DNA of 64,000 bases, taken from the NCBI GenBank assembly GCA_963833425.1, contig CAWHXP010000008.1, positions 52,578 to 116,577 on the forward strand, written 5' to 3'. This document shows, piece after piece, positions 33,005 through 45,307 of the stretch. The position numbers and the translations under genes are program-made. Position 1 is the stretch's first letter; each line of letters starts with the position of its first letter. The notes beneath the pieces are model-generated. The model was not told the DNA's origin. It saw only the letters and a list, made by a program, of their open reading frames with translations, and searched no databases. This DNA is from an uncultured Methanosarcinaceae archaeon. GTDB taxonomy: Archaea; Halobacteriota; Methanosarcinia; Methanosarcinales; Methanosarcinaceae.

Positions 33005-34018
33005 TCAACTCCATTATTTAATTGAAGAAAATTCTGATAAATCCCTAAATTTGATCATATGATATAAATGATATATAAGTACTCGGGAAAATTATATGTT
33101 TATCGAAATCTTCTGATATTCATTTAATAATATGTAGTCAATCACTGTAAACTTCATTAAGGATTAAAATTTCTTTACTTCAGCTCATAAAAGTTCTATA
33201 TGTGATATTTGCTTTTGAAGAAGATAATTAAAACAATCATTTTAAAGAGCGGCAATTGTAGAAGGATATCAAATAGTAGTTTCTGTCAAGATAAAAACTG
33301 TAGATTTAGCAATAATAAACACATACATGAAATCCTCTGATAACATTCACAAATAAATGCATTTCAGCTAACCTTTTTGATCATCTTAATCATTAACTTT
33401 AGAAGGAAGGCTGTCCGCAATTTTTCCTAAAAACCTTTAAAAAAGGATCATGGATAGTCATCGAAGCTCAAATATGACTTTGATCTGGATCCAAGTTGCC
33501 TTTGAGCAAAACAAATGACAAAATAAATTTTGTAACCTAAATTGTCATAAATAGTAAGAAAATTATTTTGCTTTAGATATTCATAAATATTTTCCACTGC
33601 CATCATCACCAGTATATTCGGAGAAAAATAACAGCAACTTCTGGATAGAGATGATGGCTGTATTCCAGCCCTTAAAAACAGGATTATAAATCAGAAAAGG
33701 TTATGTTGTCGTATTGAGTTAACTAGTGACCTTTAAGTCCCTCAGTTCCAATTAATTCATAAAACATATACCTGTCTATAACTCAAAATCAGAAAGTAGA
33801 TACTATTTAAGAAAATAAATTATCACAAAAAAAAATGAAATGTGTCAAAGGGAGTGATGCAAAAAATATGGCTTTGTTAGAAAATCGGTGTAAACTTTCA
33901 CGATTAAGAAAGTTAATCAATCTCAACACCGGGAAAAATGGTATATAAAGATCAGAATTATTGAATCAAACTGCGGAAATTTTATTTTTTCACCACAACA
34001 AAAAACCTGAGAAATAAA

Positions 34019-34914
34019 ATGCAAAATCAAGTACCTCAATCCGAGTTAGACGCGCTGCGCACTGTCATTTCACAAACGGGGGTGCGATGGACGGCAGGCG
34101 AAGCAAACATCTCCCGGTTCACCACAGAAGCCTGCAGGCAACTTCTCCTTTCAGCACCACCAACCCGCGCAGAACCCTCAAAGTGAAAGATAGAGCCCTT
34201 GGCACTGTCTCACCTTCCACTATTTTTGATGCCGACCTCATTCGACTGGCGGAATGTGAACGGTCAAAGTTATGTGACGCCTGTAAGAATGCAGGTTGGA
34301 GGGACTTGTGTGGCGTTTGCTAACACGGGCGCTGTCGAATCCTGCTTTCTGCGCTCCGAAACCTTCCACGACAACGACATAGACCTTTCAGAACGCGTCC
34401 TTTCCGCGTGCAACAGTGGGCTCTACCCGTGTCCTAGGTCGCCCGAATTCCTGCAAAGCACTGGACTGCCTTCAGAGGCGTGCTACCAGTGGAGCGCCAG
34501 GGCCCGTCGGCTGGAGGCAAGACCAAACCTATAAAGTGATTGCACACAACTACTACAATCCCTTCCGATCGGCGATGTCAAAACGTTCATAACTAGCTTC
34601 GGGCCTATCGTCACCGGCATGAACTTCCTGAAAGACTTCTTCAATTACAACGGCGGAATATAGACGGGAACCACGAATCCATCGACAGTTTTCACGAAGT
34701 GCTCGTTGTTGGCTACGACGATAACTCCCAGTGTTTCATCTGCAAGAACAGTTGGGGTGAAGACTGGGGAGAAAGCGGATTCTTCCAGATTGTCTACAGC
34801 CAGTTTGGGCAGTGTTCAGAGGTCGGCATCGGCGGGCAGAACAACGTTCCGATCCATACCGACACGAAGAATATCGGCCCTTGGGAGAAGTTCACAGCGG
34901 TGCTTGCGCACTGA
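34019..34914 (+). pseudogene. Papain-like (C1A) cysteine protease pseudogene on a GC-rich insert
   Basis: PTSFDWRNVNG.SYVTPVR.Q, TCVAFA, DLSE, GPIVTGM...DFF.Y.GGI, HEVLVVGYDD, ICKNSWGEDWGESGFF. Several frameshifts and stops. Confidence 0.88.
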
Positions 34915-35189
34915 CTTCGCTTGCCTGGGTCATGCGATTGATCTTTCACTCTGGCAATTGGGAAAAATTATTTTTTAGGGAATAAAGCTCAGTAGGCACA
35001 TGTGTTTAATGTAACCTCGGGAAACTAACCGTATTGGGAACGCCTATTTTCGAGGCACTTGAATATGAAAAGGTTGCTAAATGCTATTCTGCACATCTCT
35101 AAAACAAGCATACAAATGTTATGATACATCCTTACCTCGGTTAGAATAAAAATCACTATTTGGGGTATGGCAACGATTCGTTCTTTTGT

Positions 35190-35430
35190 GGATTCTGTTG
35201 CAAAAAATTCATAAGAAAAATACATTAAAATAAGGAGGAAATCAAGAGAATGGTAATATGCTATCTAGTTACTTTAAATGGAAACATTATGAAGGAGAAA
35301 TTATTCTATTGAATTTAAATGATATCTAAAATATCTGTTGAGTTATGGAAATTTAGAGGAAATGATGGAAGAAATAGGAATAAAAATTGATCACACTAAT
35401 ATAATGAGATGGGTACATCGATATTCACCT
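35190..35430 (+). mobile_element. IS6 5' fragment
   Basis: Left TIR GATTCTGTTGCAAAAAA. ATG at 35258 gives MLSSYFKWKHYEGEIILLN, and the fragment ends at ...MRWVHRYSP. Confidence 0.88.
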
Positions 35431-35479
35431 CCGTTTTTATCAAGTAAAAAGGAACTAACAATTAGTTTTTGTTAGGATC

Positions 35480-36229
35480 TCAACCTTTCTCTAATATTTT
35501 CAGCAAGATATATGCGATACAGATAACAAAAAAGATTGAAAATAAAAGGGCTTGAGGAAAACTGACTTTGAACTGTAAGCTCTCTGGTAGAATAAAGTAT
35601 AGGAAGAATGAGATTACAAGCAGTAAAAAACCTCCAAATACTATATTCAAGCGAATTCTCTCATCATTTCCCATATTTTTTTGGGCTCTTTTCCCAGTGG
35701 AAGCAAAAAAGTTACCTCTAAGATTTTCAAGAAAGGGAGATGACAGCCAACTAAGTTCTCTATTCCACGATCTTTGGGAAGAGGCCTTCTTTATCGGTAT
35801 AATTGGTGACTCTCGAGAATTTAGCTCTTCCTGATCTAAACTTTTATAACTTGCATCCCCCAAGCATTCCTGCAGCTTTGCCTCGACTTTTCCCAAAAGT
35901 ACTGGGAAACCTTTTTTTCGTGATCCATAACCTGCTGTGATAAAAATCTGACCTTTTGTAAGTACTCTACCTTCCCCTGGTATTCTAGCAACTGCTGAAA
36001 CATATTCTTTTTGAAGCACGTAAGGATTATTCCGCAAAAAAGTGATCATTCCTTTTAACTCTTCACTGACTGAAAGATGTATATGGGTTGGAGATCCTTG
36101 ATTTGTAATCAGGATTTCAAAAGTCTTTTCTCCCCCAGGATAAAGAGGAATCTCAAGGCTTTCATTCTCAAATTCAATTGAATTGATTTCTTGTCGGTTG
36201 ATAATAACATTCTGGAATATCTGCTGCAA
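35480..36229 (-). CDS. Hypothetical membrane protein (N-terminal beta-rich domain, two C-terminal TM helices)
   Basis: Clean ORF 14 nt downstream of trm112, with two hydrophobic C-terminal segments. Confidence 0.8.
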   Translation of the reverse strand: MQQIFQNVIINRQEINSIEFENESLEIPLYPGGEKTFEILITNQGSPTHIHLSVSEELKGMITFLRNNPYVLQKEYVSAVARIPGEGRVLTKGQIFITAGYGSRKKGFPVLLGKVEAKLQECLGDASYKSLDQEELNSRESPIIPIKKASSQRSWNRELSWLSSPFLENLRGNFFASTGKRAQKNMGNDERIRLNIVFGGFLLLVISFFLYFILPESLQFKVSFPQALLFSIFFVICIAYILLKILEKG

Positions 36230-36243
36230 ATTTAACCCTCACA

Positions 36244-36429
36244 TCAGTCTCTTAGGTCAGAAGGAAGAAAATTTGGAATCCCCTCATCTATAGGATAGTA
36301 CTCTTTGCATAGCGTGCAGTAAAGGGTTCCGGAAACGACCACTTCTTCTTTTTCTTCAACAACGTCCAAAATCAGGTCACCCTTACAGACAGGGCAAGCT
36401 AGAATATCTATAAGATTTTTTTTCATCAA
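36244..36429 (-). CDS. trm112: Methyltransferase activator Trm112
   Basis: LIDILACPVCKGDL ... GTLYCTLC...YPIDEGIPNFL (zinc-knuckle pattern). Confidence 0.92.
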   Translation of the reverse strand: MMKKNLIDILACPVCKGDLILDVVEEKEEVVVSGTLYCTLCKEYYPIDEGIPNFLPSDLRD

Positions 36430-37748
36430 AATTCACCTTCAAAGATGATTTTGCAATCAAAGGAAACACAACTCTTCTCTTTTATCAGGGTAAATCGAAT
36501 AGTTTTCAATCATCGCTCTCTCATTTTCCTGTAGATTTGATCTTGACTAAGTACTTGGTATTCAATTCATCTTATTATTTCAATGTAATCTATGCATTAT
36601 GGAAACTTGTTATTTGAATTTTTACTATTTTATCAATGATAATGATTTTATTAATTCGTTTTTTTATTAGTTTTGATTTTCCATCGTTCCATATGACTAC
36701 TGGTATTCATTTTCAATCTTTTTCAATGATTCACAAGAATAAAACTCATCTGTATATCGTAATTCCATTTTTTTTTTCATAATTTGATTTCATTTGAAAT
36801 GCTGCCTAACATTCCGATTTACCTCTAATCTTTTTCTTCGCGGGTATCATTCAAATATTTCTCGCGACTTTCTGTATGTGACCAGAATTGTTCTGATAAA
36901 AAGATCTGAGAATCATGAAGTGATACAATTATTGTTTTGAAACTTCTGATCAGTCCATATTCCCTGTCCATTATGCTGTAAAGTTTAGATCTAAATTTTC
37001 GATCTAAGGTAATCAAGTTGGCTTTGCAATGTCCCTATACGCCTTCTCCTCAGCAGTTATCAATTACTGTCTCTCTCTAAATGACTAGACTGTGGTACTG
37101 TCGGTATATGCTTAAGAAAACAAGGCATTTTTTGAAAGAAATTTGAACAATTAGTTATCTTTCAAGTTCAAAGTAAGAAGCTTCGTGTCCACCTCAAAGC
37201 TGTTTTCCATCTAGTAGCCTCCCACAACTTCATAAGATTGATGTTAGCGATACAATGTTATTTTTTTGAATTGGTTTATATATTTCATGTTAATGAGCTC
37301 GTTTTACTTATTTTTGATTTTTAATCCATAATGTATATCGCACTAATAATATATACTTTTTTTATATATAAAATATATCCTAATATATAAAATTGATTCA
37401 ACTGGAAATCTTCGATCTCATTCGCATGCCTAGACTTGTAAAATTGTAAAATTCTTTCCCAATTAAAAATTGATATTATAAGGATTCGGTCGAATTTGTC
37501 TATGCTTTTTAAATACTTTTTTTGCATTTACTAGATATAATCGGTAGAGAACACTACTTCCAAAAGAATAGGCTAAAAAAGTGACATGAGCTTAATAGAA
37601 TTGAAAGAAGTTTCAATAAATTATGCGATGAGTCAAATTATTTAAAAAAGATATCTAATCACAGAATATAGATAAATAATTTAAGAGAAGTTGTTGAACT
37701 CCTCAATTTTAGCTGTTTTTTCAGGTTGATTGGTTATATCAACATTCA

Positions 37749-40067
37749 TTATTTCTTAATTGCATTAATAACAGCATTCGCTCCATCAATCAGTGTCAAC
37801 CCGTCTGTCGAAGAAAGCTTCCCAGTTTTGACGTCAGCATTTACTTCGTTAATGAAAGCATTGAGCTGATTAATTGCAGCATTTGTATTCCCATCATTTA
37901 TTTTTTTAGTCACATCATTCAGTTTGACTATTAATGAGTTAGCTTGCCCATTATTTAGTTGACCTGAAGTGACCAAACTCTGGATAAAAGTAGTCATTTG
38001 CTGGATTTTCTGCACCGGAGTCAGGACGTTGATTTGAACACTAGCTGATGTTGTACTGTAGTCCATAGTATCGTTGGGTGTAAATACTGTCTGCAATGTT
38101 TGTGTACCTGCACTTAGTAAAGTTCCTGCTACTGGAGTATAAACGAAACTTCCCGATACCGAAGAAATTGCATCTAGCTGAGTGCTACTTAATGCTGTTC
38201 CATAAACTATGTCAGCAGGATTACCCCAGGTAATTTTAGGAATCGCCTTCTTTACATTTATCAAAACACTTGCTGATGCCGTAGTATAGTTTGCAGTATC
38301 AGTTGGAGTAAACTTAGTACTCAATTTCTGACCCGAAACTGCACTTAATACAGTTCCTGATAACGGGTTATAAGAAAAGCTTCCAGGCACTGAAGCACTT
38401 GCATCTAGCTGAGTGGTGCCTTAGTGCTGTTCCATATGTTATGTTAGCTGGTTTATTCCAGGTAATTATAGGAGCAGCCGGTGTTACATTGATTTGAATA
38501 CACCTTGTTGCAGTAGTATAGTTTACAGTATCAGTTGGTGTTAAAGTAGCATTCAAGGTTTGGGTACCTACACCTAATACAGTTCCTGCTACTGGATTAT
38601 AGGAAAAGCTTCCTGGTACAGATCCAGTTGCATCTAACTGAGTGTTGCCTAGTGCTGTTCCATATGCTATGTTAGCAGGGTTACTCCAGGTAATTGTGGG
38701 AATCGCCTGGTTTACAGTGATCGAATTAGTAATTATCCTTCCACTAGTATAGTTTGTAGAATCACTTGGTGTGAAAGAAGCAATTAATGTCTGTTTACCA
38801 GCACTTAATACAGTTCCTGATTGCGGAGTGTAGACAAAAGTTCCAGGGACTGAAGCATTTGCATCTAACTGAACGTTGCTCAATGGTGTACCATAGACTA
38901 TGTCAGCAGGATTGCTCCAGGTAATTGTAGGAGTAATTTTATAAGTCAATGGTATAGGACCTATAAACTGCCCAAAGGCAGTAGGATTGCTGCCTACAGG
39001 CACTGTGGCTGTAACACTGTCTGTGGCTATGTCAATTACAGAAACAGTATTGTCATTAGAGTTTGCTACATATACTTTTGTTCCTTCTGGTGTGGCTGCA
39101 ATTCCCTGCGGATTGAGTCCTACAGGTACGGTGGTTATAACATTGTTTGTGGCTGTGTAGATTACAGAAACATTATTGCTGCCTTCGTTTGTCACGTATA
39201 CTTTTGTTCCATTTGGTGTGACTGCAACTCCATAAGGATTGTATCCTACAGGAATAGCGGCTGTAACATTGTCTGTGACTGTGTCAATTACAGAAATAGC
39301 ATTGTCATTAGAGTTTGCTACATATACTTTTGTTCCATCTGGACTGACTGCAACTCCATAAGGATAATTGAATCCATTAGCGTTTACTGTGGCTGTAACA
39401 GTGTCTGTGGCTGTGTCAATTATAGAAATAGTATTGCTACCTTCGTTTGTCACGTATACCTTTGTTCCATCTGGGGTTACTGCAACTCCATAAGGTTCGT
39501 TTCCTATAGACACTTTAGCTGTAACATTCTCTGTAGCTGTGTCAATTACAGAAATATTATTGCTGCCTTCGTTTGTCACGTATGCTTTCGTTCCATCTGG
39601 TGTGACTGCAACTCCATAAGGCTGTCTTTCTACAGGCACGCTTGTTGTAATATTTTCTGTGGCCGTGTCTATTACAGAGACAGTGCCTGGGTAAGCTGAG
39701 TTCGCAACGTATACCTTTGTTCTATCTGGTTTGACGGCCACTCCATAAGGATAATTGAATCCATTAGCGTTTACTGTGGCTGTAACATTCTCTGTGGTTG
39801 TGTCAATTACAGAAACATTATTGCTACCTTCATTTGTCACGTATACCTTTGTTCCATCTGGGCTGACTGCAACTCCATAAGGATAATTGAATCCATTAGC
39901 GTTTACTGTGGCTTAACATTGTCTGTTGCTGTGTCAATTACAGAAACAGTATTGCTACCGGAATTCGCAATATATGCAAATGGCGTAGCAGCTGCGATAT
40001 TCACAAATATTAAAATCATAACAGTTGAGGCTAAAAAAATCGAAAAAGATTTGTGTTCATTGATCAT
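37749..40067 (-). pseudogene. YVTN beta-propeller surface protein with ITWxNPA.I.YGT.L repeats and C-terminal helical domain; two 1-nt frameshifts
   Basis: Signal peptide from ATG 40067 (MINEHKSFSIFLASTVMILIFVNIAAATPFAYIAN). 1-nt deletion at ~39913 and 1-nt insertion at ~38420. ORFs 38368-39840 and 37749-38390 are continuous in repeat phase. Confidence 0.88.
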
Positions 40068-40276
40068 GATTTCTCACATTTTCCATATATTATTTACCGA
40101 AAAAATTAGGATAGGTTCTCTTCTGTATAGAATATTTATCACTCTGTTTTTTAGTATCGTAACGTCGCTTGATTTTGATATCAAGTAAATTAGCATTGTT
40201 ATAACCAAGAAATTTGTCATTTTCCGACTCATCCATTAATTTTTGATTTAAATATCAGCATTGGTGAAAGCACAGC

Positions 40277-40309
<33 letters not shown>

Positions 40310-40968
40310 CACCAAATATTAGTAACAACGTTATACAGTTATCTTTGATAATATTTTTGATAATACTTATAAATGAATCATTTGAAATATTATATAAGTT
40401 GCAGTGTTTATATGACTTGATTATCCTTAGAGCATAACCAGTCTCCAAATATTTTCTTTCCAGAAAAGAAACGGTGAAATGCTTTATCGTAGGTCACTGA
40501 ATCCATTAACTTCCGCTATAATCTGTAATTCGTCAAGCCCATGCTATTTACCGGATAAACATTTACTAAATTTAGATTTAGTGACATGTAGAATCATATT
40601 TGGCTAGCCAAATATTATATAATTTTCTTTAGGAGATCAGTTTGTTTTATAAATTAGGGCTGTCTCGAATGCGTACCAATCTGCAGATAGATTCGCTATG
40701 TACTCATCTCAAAATGGCTCCAAGATAGAAAGGATTGCTCAGGCAGCAACAAAAAAATGAATAACAAGTTAAAAGAGTTTTTTAAACGGAAGAAAAAAAT
40801 CAATTAGAAATGCAAAAACAATTATTGAATTAGCACTGAAGATCACCAATTATTTAAGAGGTTACTGAGAATAAAAAATTATGTGAAGATAAAACAAGAT
40901 ATTCACTCGGTAGATATATGTCAATACACACAGATGTACATCTGTTAGCCTATTATCAACTATTCATT

Positions 40969-41028
40969 AAAAGTTAAATTAATTTTTAAGCTACTATCAA
41001 AAGTTAAATTAATTTTTAAGCTACCATC
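40969..41028. repeat. 30-bp tandem duplication
   Basis: AAAAGTTAAATTAATTTTTAAGCTAC(T/C)ATC x2. Confidence 0.9.
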
Positions 41029-41255
41029 ATATTAAAAAATAAATAACGTTTTTGTGTATATCGACGAAAGGTAGGAGATTATTACAAGGGAGAAACTCAA
41101 AAAAATTTGGTGGAACTTGTAGCATCTGTTAATAGACGTATAATAATTAATGGGATAATCGGATTATGTGGATAGAGGATGGAGAAAGTACTTGATAAAG
41201 CAATTTCATCACGTACTATCATGATAAATTAGTTACAACTTTTAGCTACTATTCT

Positions 41256-42437
41256 TTAGGAAACAAGTGCTTTGAGCTCAGAAACTGCCTTTACTAGGAT
41301 ATCAACTTCTTCCATTGTATTATATAGTGCGAAAGAAGCTCTTACAGTACCATCTACTTTCAGAAATCGAGTAATTGGAATTGCGCAGTGGTACCCGCTT
41401 CTAACGCAAATTCGTTTGGTCTGGTCAAGAATTAGAGCAACATCATGGGCATTAAGCCCTCTCACATTAAAAGGTACTATTCCCATACTGCTTTCGGGCC
41501 CGTAAACTTCCACATGCTCGAGTTCGGAGAGTTTTTTTGCAGTCTCTCTTGAAAGATTCATTTCATGTTTTTTGATTTCAGAAGTCCCTATTTTCGCTAC
41601 ATACTCTACTGCTCTTCCTAACCCTATGACTCCTGGAATATTGGGAGTGCCAGCTTCAAAGCATGCTGGAGATGGCTCTAGAGTATAGGTAGACTCGGAT
41701 ACATCCGAAACAGTACCCCCTCCAACTGAAGCACTTTCGAGTACTTCGGGTTCTTTAACATAAAGTACGCCAGTGCCCTGTGGTCCAAGCAAGCCCTTAT
41801 GCCCAGAAGTTGCAAAAAAGTCACATCCTGTATCCTTAAGGTTGACTGGCATATGTCCTGCAGATTGGGCACCATCAATCAAAACTTTTATGCTGTTTCT
41901 GTGGGCAATTTTCGTCATGCCTTTTACGTCCTGTACGGAACCGAAGACATTTGAAACCTGGGTTATGGCAAGAAGTTTTGTTTTCTCTGTGAAAGCGCTC
42001 TCTAGCAGATGACTGCCGATTTTACCCTTGCTGTCAGGGTTTATAACAGTGATATTTACACCTTTTTTCTGCAAACGCATCCATGGAAGAATATTCGAAT
42101 GGTGTTCTAGCAGAGTTGTGACAATGTGATCTCCTACCTCCCATGGATAACTATTAGCAATGAGATTGATCCCTTCTGTAGTATTTTTCGTAAAGATAGT
42201 ATTTGAAGGCTCTGCATTTAGAAAGCTAGCAACTATTACCCTAGCGTCTTCGTAGTGGTTTGTGGTTTCCCTGGTCAGGCGATGGGCTCCTCTCCCATAA
42301 TTACCAGCATATCTATAGAAATAATCAACCATGGCTTCAACTACAGGTATCGGAGTCTGGGTAGTTGCAGCGCTGTCAAGATAAACGACTTCTTTTAAAA
42401 CAGGAAAATCTTTACGGACCACATATACATCGTACAT
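41256..42437 (-). CDS. Cysteine desulfurase, SufS/Csd (group II) type
   Basis: YLDSAATTQ, EHHSN, DGAQS, SGHKGLLGPQG, EAGTPN, active-site RSGYHCA, RASF.LYN. Confidence 0.93.
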   Translation of the reverse strand: MYDVYVVRKDFPVLKEVVYLDSAATTQTPIPVVEAMVDYFYRYAGNYGRGAHRLTRETTNHYEDARVIVASFLNAEPSNTIFTKNTTEGINLIANSYPWEVGDHIVTTLLEHHSNILPWMRLQKKGVNITVINPDSKGKIGSHLLESAFTEKTKLLAITQVSNVFGSVQDVKGMTKIAHRNSIKVLIDGAQSAGHMPVNLKDTGCDFFATSGHKGLLGPQGTGVLYVKEPEVLESASVGGGTVSDVSESTYTLEPSPACFEAGTPNIPGVIGLGRAVEYVAKIGTSEIKKHEMNLSRETAKKLSELEHVEVYGPESSMGIVPFNVRGLNAHDVALILDQTKRICVRSGYHCAIPITRFLKVDGTVRASFALYNTMEEVDILVKAVSELKALVS

Positions 42438-42479
42438 GCTTAGCTTTTAGGAACGAGAAATAAAAAAAGTTTGTGCAGG

Positions 42480-42638
42480 TTACTTACCCTGCATACCGCC
42501 TATCATAAAGCGGTAAATATCCAATTCATCTGAGTTCAGGCTGTCTGTACAACCCTTTATGACGGTGTGGTAACCGTCTTCGTGGTATTTATTTCCGTAT
42601 TCTCTTTTTTTTACGCATTCTTTATTTAATTCACTCAT
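42480..42638 (-). CDS. Unannotated small protein (52 aa) MSELNKECVKKREYGNKYHEDGYHTVIKGCTDSLNSDELDIYRFMIGGMQGK
   Basis: Strong RBS AGGAGG-AAAAT-ATG. Ends 42 nt before the desulfurase ATG on the same strand. Below the ORF-track length cutoff. Confidence 0.7.
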   Translation of the reverse strand: MSELNKECVKKREYGNKYHEDGYHTVIKGCTDSLNSDELDIYRFMIGGMQGK

Positions 42639-42660
42639 ATTTTTCCTCCTGTCTCTTCAA

Positions 42661-42808
42661 TGCTTGCGCTGATATGCAGGTTAGAATCATTCCCTCAGGA
42701 TATGAACTCTTCAGTTCGGTTTGAAATTTCAGTGCATCTGCATAGGATTCCTATAAGCAGATTAGAATTTTCCGTCCTGGGGCTACTAATCCCTTAACTG
42801 CGCAACAG
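42661..42808 (-). promoter_or_regulatory. Structured 5' leader RNA (riboswitch-like candidate)
   Basis: Nested complementary segments UUGCGC/GCGCAA, GCAGUUAAGGGAUUA/UGAUUCUAACCUGC and CCCCAGGA/UCCUGAGGG. Inner hairpins AUCUGC..AUAGG-AAU-CCUAU-GCAGAU and GAACU-GAAG-AGUUC. A TATA-like element lies at ~42850-42858. Confidence 0.55.
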
Positions 42809-43707
42809 TAATTGTTCTTACCCACAACAAGTATTAATTGTCATTTGTATTATATATTAGTTCCGGGAGATATGGTGTTGCCGAATTAAGTCATTTCCTG
42901 AACAATTTCTACAGATCAGGAGAATATCAAAAAATTAAGGTAATGAAATCGTTGAGTATGACAAATAAAAATGGATCCATTTCTGATAATAGACACAACC
43001 CGTTTGCCGTCTACATCCTACGAATTAGATAGTTTGGTTGAGATATAATAGCTGACCTAATAAAGCATAATTATAGTCCGCAAGAAGTTATCAAGGTTTT
43101 ATTTCGTGCTGCAACATCTTCTAACAATTCTCCTGAACCTGCAATCAACTATCAATTCATCAACAAATAACTTTTTTCGAATTTCAGAGTATTCTTCAAA
43201 GATTTTTTTGTTGTGATACTTATATGATCATAAAAAGAATTCTTTTCAGTTATTCAAAAAGTCGTCTAAGAATATTTGGTCCATCTAGCTCGCACAGGAT
43301 CTATGAAACCCTGCGTTGTTTCGGGATATAAGTGCGAGATAGATGTGTGAGTTAGCTAGCACAACTCTCAGGTTAAAAGTGTAAAAATAGCTGTTTCAGG
43401 TTCCCGTCCAAGCTATACGGATTCAAAAAAGTTATTGAAATGAATTCCAGAAATGTAATTAGAAAGGTGGTTCTAAAATCTGACAAAACAAGGCTAAAGA
43501 ACTAGTTTTATCAGATTATATCAAACACCCAACACCACATACCATGATTTACTCTTTTTTAGCTTACTTTATACAAGAATATACCAAGCAAACAGACGAT
43601 ACCATGAACTATTTCAACTTCAGGCATTCTTGTGTTTTCTTTCTACCTAGGCTTCTGTGCAACATTTGCTCCTGTTGTAACATTGGCGTTGAAGTTGCAA
43701 CAGACGG

Positions 43708-44575
43708 TTAGGCAGTTACATTAATATAGTTGGGATTTACTTTTTTATTGCTTCCCTAAGCATTCGTTACTTTTAAACTACAGTATAGTTCACTGCTTTC
43801 TAGTAGGTGTGTACAGGGTTTACTGGAATTTTACTGGTCTTGGAACTCTCGTCTCCAAATACCCATTCCCATGATGTAGGTGATCAGTGCTTTTATCGAT
43901 GAATTTCACCGTTGACCATTTCCTTCTGTTGGGGATGCCGAAAAATCAGCAACCTGTAGTACCGGATCACCAATAAAATTCCCGTTGGATGGGGGTCCTT
44001 GTCCTACAGGTACTGTGGATGTAACAGTGTTTATGGTTGTGTTAATAACAGAAAAATTATTGATGTCCACGTTTGCCGCATATACCTTTGTTCCATCTGG
44101 TGTGACCGAAACTCCAATTGGCGATCCTCCTACAGGTACTGTGGCTACAACAGTGTTGTTTGTTGTGTTAATTACAGAGATGGAACTATCTGGGGGGCCA
44201 CCAGGGTGACGGCCATTCATTCACCACCTATACTTTTGTTCCATCCGGTGTGACTGCAACTCCGTTAGATTGCGAGTTTTGTCCTACATTCACAGTAGTT
44301 GTAACAGCGTTTGTGTTTGTGTTAGTTACAGAGACATTGTCGCTGCCAGAGTTCGCAACATATACCTTTGATCCATCCGGGCTGCAACTCCCAAGGCATG
44401 TTACCTACGTGAATTTTGGCGTGACAGTATTTGTGGCTGTGTCAATTAAAGAGACAGTATTGCCTACCGAGTCCGTGATATATGCAAATTGCGCCGCGCC
44501 TGCGACACTTACCAGCATAAAAACCAAAGCTGTTGAAAATAAGGCTATAGAACACAAATTTCGTTTAGTTAACAA
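43708..44575 (-). pseudogene. YVTN beta-propeller + PKD domain surface protein pseudogene
   Basis: Signal peptide LCSIALFSTALVFMLVSVAGAAQFAYIT. YVTN repeats GVSVTPDGTKVYAAN. PKD fragments VADFSASPTEG, SWEWVFGD, NPVHTY, NYINVT. Many frameshifts. Confidence 0.85.
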
Positions 44576-45307
44576 GTGTTATTCCCCTTTTCCATACAAT
44601 GATTATAGAGCAAAATTAGAAGATGTTCTGTTGGTATGGAATGTTTATTTATCTGCTTCTTATTATCATAACATCGCTTGCTCTTGATATAAAATAAACT
44701 AGTATTGGCTACAACCACATAATTTATTATCTTACTACTTATATTCATTTTTGATTCCAAGTATCAACATTTAGCGAAAACCAATTATAAATGGCATAAC
44801 AACATAACTTAAAAAATTTAATATAATTATAAATTATATAATTTTAATATTATATATAGATATAACTTATTTAAACATTCTAAAATCAGAAGTATCTTTC
44901 CAATTAGATAATCCTTATTCTAGATTTTCAGGTGAGTAACTATTATTTTGTAAATGATAATTAATCTGAAAAGTCCCCTAGTCATCAAATATTTTCTTCC
45001 CCAATAAAATAACAAATGAAAAGCCTTATATATAGAAAATTCAAATGGGTCAACTTAGATGATGTTGATCTGAAAATTGATTTAATCTAACCCCCCAGTG
45101 AGTTTTTTTGATTGCGCTGATATAACAAACCCTACCATGCTCAAGGGAGTGGCTTAAATCGCCCCACAATCGTCCATTTTTGACTCCGATAATCGAAATT
45201 TTGACTCTCCGTCAAAGTGAACTAAATAAATATTAAGTATAAATTTAATTATATTTGTTAGTATAAATCTTAGTTACCTTTGCCTTTTTCCAAGGGAGGC
45301 AAGATAA

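Noticed and set aside
36825..37250. 63-aa ORF and adjacent coding-like fragments upstream of trm112
   Set aside because: No RBS or recognisable motif; likely a fragment of an unidentifiable pseudogene.
42661..42808. Identification of the leader as an FMN riboswitch
   Set aside because: Only the 3' half resembles it, the conserved 5' elements are missing, and the downstream genes are not flavin-related. Kept only as an unassigned structured RNA.
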